Assembly (NCBI GenBank): GCA_036391175.1
Contig: DASWAK010000563.1
Coordinates: forward strand, 1 to 45,382
Reading direction: 5' to 3'
From: Pseudolabrys sp.
GTDB lineage: Bacteria; Pseudomonadota; Alphaproteobacteria; Rhizobiales; Xanthobacteraceae
Length of the DNA: 45,382 nt
Numbering within the stretch: the stretch's first letter is position 1; every line of letters starts with the position of its first letter. The position numbers were made by a program, and so were the translations under genes. Shown here one piece after another: positions 38,378 through 45,382 of the stretch. The notes beneath the pieces were generated by a model. The model searched no databases, was not told the origin of the DNA, and saw only the letters and a program-made list of their open reading frames with translations.

Positions 38378-39379
38378 TCACAACATTGACGGCAGGACCC
38401 GATCCGGGGGCCGGTGGCCGTCCATGAAGGTCTTGATGTTGATGATGACTTTCTCGCCCATATCGATGCGGCCTTCGAGCGTCGCCGAGCCCGTATGCGG
38501 TAGCAGCACAACCTTGCCCGCGCGGGCAAGCTTGACCAGCTTTGGGTTGACCGCCGGCTCATGTTCGAACACGTCGAGGCCGGCGCCGGCAATTTCGCCG
38601 GACTCGATCAGACGGGCAAGCGCATTCTCGTCAATCACCTCGCCGCGCGATGTGTTGACGATGTACGCTTCCGGCCGCAGCATCTTAAGCCGCCGCGCCG
38701 AGAGCAAATGATATGTTGCCGGCGTGTGCGGACAATTGACCGACACAATGTCCATGCGGGCGAGCATCTGGTCGAGGCTTTCCCAATAGGTGGCGTCGAG
38801 CTCCTCCTCGATTTTGGGCGCGACCCGCCGCCGATTGTGATAGTGGATCTGAAGGCCGAAAGCGCGCGCCCGGCGCGCGACGGCCTGTCCAATCCGCCCC
38901 ATGCCGATGATGCCGAGCCGCTTGCCCCAGATGCGGTGGCCAAGCATCCAGGTCGGCGACCAGCCGGTCCAATCCTTGTCTGTCGTCAGGACGAGGGCGC
39001 CTTCGACCAGTCGGCGCGGCACCGCCAGGATCAGTGCCATGGTCATGTCAGCGGTATCCTCGGTCAGGACGCCAGGTGTATTGGTAACGGTAATGCCGCG
39101 CTGAACGGCGGTCGCGACATCTATATTGTCGACACCATTGCCGAAATTCGCGATGAGCTTGAGCTGTTCGCCCGACTTGCTGAGTACCGAGGCATCGATT
39201 CGATCGGTTACGGTCGGCACCAGTACGTCGGCGGTTTTAACCGCTTCCGCAAGCTGACTTTGAGTCATCGGTTTGTCGTCAGGATTGAGCCGGGTGTCAA
39301 AAAGTTCCCGCATTCGCAGCTCGATGGGATCGGGCAGCTTACGCGTCACAATGACCAGCGGCTTCTTGCTCTTTGCCAT
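38378..39379 (-). CDS. D-isomer-specific 2-hydroxyacid dehydrogenase (glyoxylate reductase/D-glycerate dehydrogenase-like)
   Basis: NTPGVLTEDTAD, GIIGMGRIG, VNTSRG, GLDVFEHEP, LPHTGSAT. Confidence 0.92.
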   Translation of the reverse strand: MAKSKKPLVIVTRKLPDPIELRMRELFDTRLNPDDKPMTQSQLAEAVKTADVLVPTVTDRIDASVLSKSGEQLKLIANFGNGVDNIDVATAVQRGITVTNTPGVLTEDTADMTMALILAVPRRLVEGALVLTTDKDWTGWSPTWMLGHRIWGKRLGIIGMGRIGQAVARRARAFGLQIHYHNRRRVAPKIEEELDATYWESLDQMLARMDIVSVNCPHTPATYHLLSARRLKMLRPEAYIVNTSRGEVIDENALARLIESGEIAGAGLDVFEHEPAVNPKLVKLARAGKVVLLPHTGSATLEGRIDMGEKVIINIKTFMDGHRPPDRVLPSML

Positions 39380-39493
39380 GCTCTCAATCGCGGCATTTGG
39401 CGGCGGTACCGCCAGTAAGCGCCGATTTAGCTCTCATTAACCGTGCTCCCCCAAACTGCGCTTTGGGCAAAATCCGTTCTTTTTTCCTATCAG

Positions 39494-40036
39494 ATGGCCG
39501 TGACAACACAAAGCTTCCGGACCGCGCTTGGCGGACTCGCGCTGGCAGCCAGCATTGTGGCAGTGCAGCCAGCTACCGCCTCGCCCGCTGGCGATGCTAC
39601 CGGCTCCGTTAGCGGCCTTCCGATCCCGCGTTTCGTGAGCCTCAAGTCGGACCGGGTCAATGCACGGTCCGGACCGAATAAGGATCAGGAGGTACGCTGG
39701 GTCTATACCCACGCGGGCATGCCGGTTGAGGTCACCGCGGAGTTCGAGAATTGGCGCCGTATCCGCGACTGGGAAGGCGCTGAAGGCTGGGTTTATCACT
39801 CGCTCTTGTCGGGCAAACGGATGGCTATGGTGGTACCGAAAACAAAGGACGAACTGGTTCCACTCTACGAAAGCGCGGACATCGAATCGGCAGTATCGGC
39901 CCGCCTGCAATCCGGCGTGCTCGGCGCGATCAAATCCTGCAATGGCACCTGGTGTCAGTTCAGCGGCAAAGGTTTCGAGGGCTATATCCGGCAGGAACGA
40001 CTGTGGGGCGCCTACCCGAATGAGAAGGTGGAGTAA
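39494..40036 (+). CDS. Secreted tandem bacterial SH3 (SH3_4-type) protein
   Basis: Signal peptide, SGLPIPRFVSLK, NARSGP, WRRIRDWEGAEGWV, CNGTWC...GYIRQERLWG. Confidence 0.85.
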   Translation: MAVTTQSFRTALGGLALAASIVAVQPATASPAGDATGSVSGLPIPRFVSLKSDRVNARSGPNKDQEVRWVYTHAGMPVEVTAEFENWRRIRDWEGAEGWVYHSLLSGKRMAMVVPKTKDELVPLYESADIESAVSARLQSGVLGAIKSCNGTWCQFSGKGFEGYIRQERLWGAYPNEKVE

Positions 40037-40053
40037 CGACCGTGCCCCAGCCT

Positions 40054-40143
40054 GTCATCGCCGGGCTCGTCTCGGCGTTGTTGATTATGGGCGCGCGTTG
40101 CTCCAATAAGCATAATGGCCGGGACAAGCCCGGCCATTATGAC
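40054..40143. repeat. Inverted REP-like doublet (GTCATGGCCGG family) between convergent genes
   Basis: GTCATCGCCGGGCTCGTCTCGGCG, a spacer, then ATGGCCGGGACAAGCCCGGCCATTATGAC. Confidence 0.75.
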
Positions 40144-40169
40144 AAAATCAAATTTTGGATTACCCGCGG

Positions 40170-40658
40170 TTAGCTCTTTCGCCGTAGCCGGACAACAACA
40201 TCAACGCGCGCAATCTCGAAGCCTTCCGGAGGCGTCGGGGTCTTTCCGATCACCACTTCGGCGCCCGGGATATCAAGCACCTCGTCCTCGCCCTCGACGA
40301 AGAAGTGATGATGTGCCGTGACGTTCGTGTCGAAATAAGCCTTTGAGCCATCGACTGCGACCTGTCGCAAGAGGCCGACTTCGGTGAATTGATGCAGGGT
40401 ATTGTAGATGGTTGCCAGCGATACCGGCACTCTTGCGCGTGTTGCTTCTTCGTAAAGCATTTCGGCGGTGAGGTGACGATCGCCTTTGCCGAACAGGATC
40501 CAACCCAACGCCATGCGTTGACGGGTCGGACGCAAACCGACCTGGCGCAACATCGCTTTCACGTCATGCCAAGGGCAACCGGTAAGTGTCGCCGGGTCCG
40601 GAGAACGCCGGGCATCGACCTTCATCTTCGGTGAACTTGTAGGGCGCGTTGGCATCAT
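40170..40658 (-). CDS. irr: Iron response regulator Irr (Fur family)
   Basis: GCPWHD heme-regulatory motif, GLRPTRQR, SLATIYNTL, HHHF; divergent from fabA. Start uncertain (40658, 40655 or 40625). Confidence 0.92.
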   Translation of the reverse strand: MMPTRPTSSPKMKVDARRSPDPATLTGCPWHDVKAMLRQVGLRPTRQRMALGWILFGKGDRHLTAEMLYEEATRARVPVSLATIYNTLHQFTEVGLLRQVAVDGSKAYFDTNVTAHHHFFVEGEDEVLDIPGAEVVIGKTPTPPEGFEIARVDVVVRLRRKS

Positions 40659-40887
40659 TCTGATTACGCCTAAATGGCCAGCCCCTCGCAAAAACCAGCG
40701 AAAAACCGTTTCGTTTGCAACATATACGAAATCGACCTTTCAGATGCAACCGCGTCGCAACTAACGGAAAGGCCCTATTGTCGGGGGTTTTATGCGTGCT
40801 CTCGCCATCTTTGCCCGCTAGCTTGGGTATGTTACCAACTCGGGCATGGGAATTCAGCCAAGCCCCCTGCGTGGGGAAGCGACGCCT

Positions 40888-41421
40888 ATGGACACCCGGC
40901 GTCATAGCTTCGAGTACGAAGATTTGCTCGCCTGCGGTCGCGGCGAATTGTTCGGCGCCGGCAACGCGCAACTGCCGCTACCGCCAATGCTGATGTTCGA
41001 TCGCATCTCCGAAATCAGCGAGGCAGGCGGCGAGCATGGCAAAGGGTTGATCCGGGCCGAGCTCGACGTGAAGCCGGACCTCTGGTTTTTCCTCTGCCAT
41101 TTCAAAGGTGATCCGGTGATGCCAGGATGCCTCGGCCTTGACGCACTCTGGCAGCTCGTTGGTTTCTTCCTCGGTTGGCTGGGCGCGCCAGGTAAGGGCA
41201 GGGCACTTGGTTTGGGTGAGGTGAAGTTTTCCGGTCAGGTGTTGCCGACCGTGAAAAAAGTCATCTATGGCATCGATATCAAACGGGTCATGCGCTCGAA
41301 ACTGGTGCTGGGTATTGCAGATGGTTGGCTCTCGGCGGACGGCAACGTGATCTATCGCGCCAACGATCTCAAGGTTGGCCTGTTCAAACAGGACGAGGCG
41401 TTGCAGCCGAGCGGCGCTTGA
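40888..41421 (+). CDS. fabA: 3-hydroxyacyl-ACP dehydratase/isomerase FabA
   Basis: [33 protein letters not shown]; ATG 40888. Confidence 0.96.
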   Translation: MDTRRHSFEYEDLLACGRGELFGAGNAQLPLPPMLMFDRISEISEAGGEHGKGLIRAELDVKPDLWFFLCHFKGDPVMPGCLGLDALWQLVGFFLGWLGAPGKGRALGLGEVKFSGQVLPTVKKVIYGIDIKRVMRSKLVLGIADGWLSADGNVIYRANDLKVGLFKQDEALQPSGA

Positions 41422-41514
41422 GCCCGACGGAGGGCCTTGCTGAATTACCTCAGCCGGTCAAGCTGTGGCCCAATCAGCGATAAACCGCGGCGGAAATTTA
41501 AGGGTAATACGATT

Positions 41515-42732
41515 ATGCGACGTGTCGTGGTCACCGGAATGGGCATCGTCTCATCCATCGGTAACAATACACAGGAAGTGCTGGCGAGCTTGCGCGAGGC
41601 GAAATCCGGCATCAGCCGCGCTGAAGAATACGCCAAGCTCGGGTTCCGCTGCCAAGTGGAAGGTGCGCCGAAACTTAACCCGGCTGATTCAGTTGACCGC
41701 CGCGCCATGCGTTTCCTCGGCGGCGGGGCTGCCTGGAACCACGTCGCTATGGAACAAGCAATCCGCGATGCCGGCCTCGAGGAGAAGGACATTTCCAACC
41801 CGCGCACGGGTATCATCATGGGCTCTGGCGGACCATCGGCGCGCGCTATCGTCGATGCCGCCGACACCACCCGTGAAAAGGGACCCAAACGCGTAGGACC
41901 ATTCGCGGTGCCGAAGGCGATGTCGTCGACTGCCTCGGCGACACTTGCGACCTGGTTCAAGATCAAGGGCGTGAACTATTCGATCTCCTCGGCCTGCGCC
42001 ACGTCCAACCACTGCATCGGCAACGCCACCGAGATCATCCAATGGGGTAAGCAGGACATGATCTTCGCCGGCGGTTGCGAAGAGCTGGATTGGACGCTCT
42101 CTGTGCTGTTTGATGCCATGGGCGCAATGTCATCGAAGTATAATGACACGCCGGAGAAAGCCTCGCGCGCCTATGACAGAGATCGCGACGGCTTCGTCAT
42201 CGCCGGCGGTGCCGGCGTGCTGGTTCTGGAAGAGTTTGAACATGCGAACGCGCGCGGCGCCAAGATCTATGCCGAGGTCGCCGGTTATGGAGCGACATCG
42301 GACGGCTATGACATGGTGGCCCCGTCAGGCGAGGGCGCGGTGCGTTGCATGAACATGGCGCTGGGAAATGTCAAAGCGCCAGTCGACTACATCAACCCGC
42401 ACGCGACCTCGACGCCAATCGGTGATATCAAGGAAATCGAGGCGATCCGCGAAGTTTTCGGCCCGAAATGCCCGCCGATTTCAGCCACCAAATCGCTCAC
42501 CGGCCATTCGCTTGGTGCCGCCGGGGCGCAGGAGGCGATCTATTCGCTGCTGATGATGCAGAGCGGCTTCATCTGTGAGAGCGCAAATATCGCGAACCTC
42601 GATCCCGCGTTCGTTGATATGCCGATCGTGCGCGAGCGTCAGGACAACGTGAAGCTTGGCTGCGTGTTGTCGAACTCCTTCGGCTTCGGCGGCACCAATG
42701 CGTCGGTTGTGTTCAAGCGGCTCGATGCATGA
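41515..42732 (+). CDS. fabB: Beta-ketoacyl-ACP synthase I
   Basis: [43 protein letters not shown]; follows fabA. Confidence 0.95.
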   Translation: MRRVVVTGMGIVSSIGNNTQEVLASLREAKSGISRAEEYAKLGFRCQVEGAPKLNPADSVDRRAMRFLGGGAAWNHVAMEQAIRDAGLEEKDISNPRTGIIMGSGGPSARAIVDAADTTREKGPKRVGPFAVPKAMSSTASATLATWFKIKGVNYSISSACATSNHCIGNATEIIQWGKQDMIFAGGCEELDWTLSVLFDAMGAMSSKYNDTPEKASRAYDRDRDGFVIAGGAGVLVLEEFEHANARGAKIYAEVAGYGATSDGYDMVAPSGEGAVRCMNMALGNVKAPVDYINPHATSTPIGDIKEIEAIREVFGPKCPPISATKSLTGHSLGAAGAQEAIYSLLMMQSGFICESANIANLDPAFVDMPIVRERQDNVKLGCVLSNSFGFGGTNASVVFKRLDA

Positions 42733-42900
42733 CCGCTCTATTTGAGGCTCCTCGGGCGGCATTGCCGTCTGCCCCATCATCGGATTGTCTCCGCGCCATA
42801 GACGGGCTTTCGGAACGCCGAGCGATTCGATTGGGAGCATCGCATCAACAAGCCCGTTTCCCTATCTTTTCTTCACCCCCTTCCGCGCAGGCCAACTGCC

Positions 42901-43755
42901 ATGGCTGGTGAGCAAATCGCTGCGCGCGGCAATCTGATGCAAGGCAAGCGTGGCCTGATCATGGGGGTTGCCAACGACCATTCCATCGCCTGGGGTATTG
43001 CGCAGATGCTGGCGTCACATGGTGCGCAACTTGCCTTTACCTATCAAGGCGACGCGCTCGCCAAGCGCGTGAAGCCACTCGCCGAGCAGACCGGCTCAAC
43101 TTTCGTGATGCCATGCGACGTCGAAGATATAGTTTCGGTTGACGCGGTATTCGACCGGATCAAGAAGCAATGGGGCACGATAGATTTCCTCGTGCACGCG
43201 GTCGCCTTCTCCGACAAGAACGAGTTGAAGGGCCGCTACGCCGATTCCACGCGCGAAAATTTCATCCGCACCATGGTGATCTCCTGCTACGCCTTCACCG
43301 AAGCTGCCAAACGCGCGGCGGCGTTGATGCCGAACGGCGGCGCCATGGTGACACTAACCTATAACGGCGGCCTGCGGGCGATGCCAAACTACAATGTGAT
43401 GGGTGTAGCCAAGGCGGCGCTGGAAGCCTCGGTGCGCTATCTCGCGGTTGATTTCGGGACACAGAAGATCCGCGTTAATGCGATCTCGGCCGGCCCAATC
43501 CGCACGCTCGCCGGCGCCGGTATTACTGATGCGCGCTACATGTTTGCGTTTCAGCAGAAATATTCTCCGCTCGGCCGCGGCGTGACCTTGGACGAACTGG
43601 GCGGTGCAGGCCTTTATCTCCTGTCTGATCTCTCGAGCGGCGTCACCGGCGAGGTTCACTTCGTCGATTCCGGCTACAACGTCATCGCCATGCCACATCC
43701 GCAGGCGCTGAGGACCGCTGGCGGCGCGGTGGAAGGCAACGAAAGCGGCCAATAG
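42901..43755 (+). CDS. fabI: Enoyl-ACP reductase FabI
   Basis: GVANDHSIAWGIA, YNVMGVAKAALE, NAISAGPIRTLA. Confidence 0.95.
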   Translation: MAGEQIAARGNLMQGKRGLIMGVANDHSIAWGIAQMLASHGAQLAFTYQGDALAKRVKPLAEQTGSTFVMPCDVEDIVSVDAVFDRIKKQWGTIDFLVHAVAFSDKNELKGRYADSTRENFIRTMVISCYAFTEAAKRAAALMPNGGAMVTLTYNGGLRAMPNYNVMGVAKAALEASVRYLAVDFGTQKIRVNAISAGPIRTLAGAGITDARYMFAFQQKYSPLGRGVTLDELGGAGLYLLSDLSSGVTGEVHFVDSGYNVIAMPHPQALRTAGGAVEGNESGQ

Positions 43756-43786
43756 AATCGGCGTGCCAGGGTCAACAAAGGTCAAC

Positions 43787-43823
43787 AAAAAACGGCCGGG
43801 GAATCCCCGGCCGTTTCATTTTT
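43787..43823. terminator. Bidirectional terminator between fabI and katG
   Basis: AAACGGCCGGGG-AAT-CCCCGGCCGTTT flanked by an A-run and a T-rich run. Confidence 0.8.
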
Positions 43824-43866
43824 GTCGCGGCTGCGCTCTAGAAGCTCTCGAAAGCCTTCCGCAGGG

Positions 43867-45382
<1,516 letters not shown>

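Noticed and set aside
42733-42900. 168-bp gap between fabB and fabI with small ORFs
   Set aside because: I found no recognisable protein remnant, RNA motif or strong hairpin; it is probably a promoter or spacer.
43770-43789. Tandem GGTCAACAAA x2
   Set aside because: A two-copy micro-duplication beside a terminator with no evidence of function.
13172-43816. Similar AAACGGCCGG...CCGGCCGTTT hairpins at 13172 and 43790, considered as a repeat family
   Set aside because: Both sit between convergent genes and are adequately explained as ordinary bidirectional terminators.
43837-43853. TCTAGAAGCTCTCGAAA, loosely like an Irr iron control element
   Set aside because: It has several mismatches to TTTRGAAYNRTTCYAAA and lies between two convergent 3' ends, not in a promoter.

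Overview
A GC-rich (roughly 60% by eye) core-chromosome window from an alphaproteobacterium of the Hyphomicrobiales (Rhizobiales); the gene set and motifs resemble the Bradyrhizobium/Xanthobacteraceae group, which is an inference. It starts with a partial mandelate-racemase-family gene, a gamma-resorcylate-decarboxylase-like gene, tRNA-Ala(GGC) and TIGR02300. It continues through aroA-cmk-rpsA-sppA-ihfB-lapA-like-trpFBA-accD-folC, a minus-strand run coaBC-dut-(Rrf2 relic)-divL-tsaE/amgK-murU-addB-addA-trxA, and a 3.3 kb ArsR/SRPBCC/MarR/VOC/DoxX islet. The right part holds ubiEB, mutM-Bug-enoyl-CoA hydratase, a degenerate trypsin-like protein, moeB, a 2-hydroxyacid dehydrogenase, an SH3 protein, irr, fabA-fabB-fabI and a partial katG. 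I see no CRISPR array, integrase, transposase or prophage. The best candidate for an undescribed system is CoaBC with an N-terminal FitA-like ribbon-helix-helix domain, sitting directly downstream of a perfect palindrome made of FitA-operator-like octamers. This suggests a PutA-style self-regulating CoA biosynthetic flavoenzyme, and the same enzyme lacks the canonical catalytic cysteine of PPC decarboxylases. Other items not in the ORF track are a decayed Rrf2 gene, a frameshifted DoxX gene, REP-like palindromes, a structured rpsA leader and a GANTC cluster upstream of divL. All calls come from motif recognition by eye; no database search was run.
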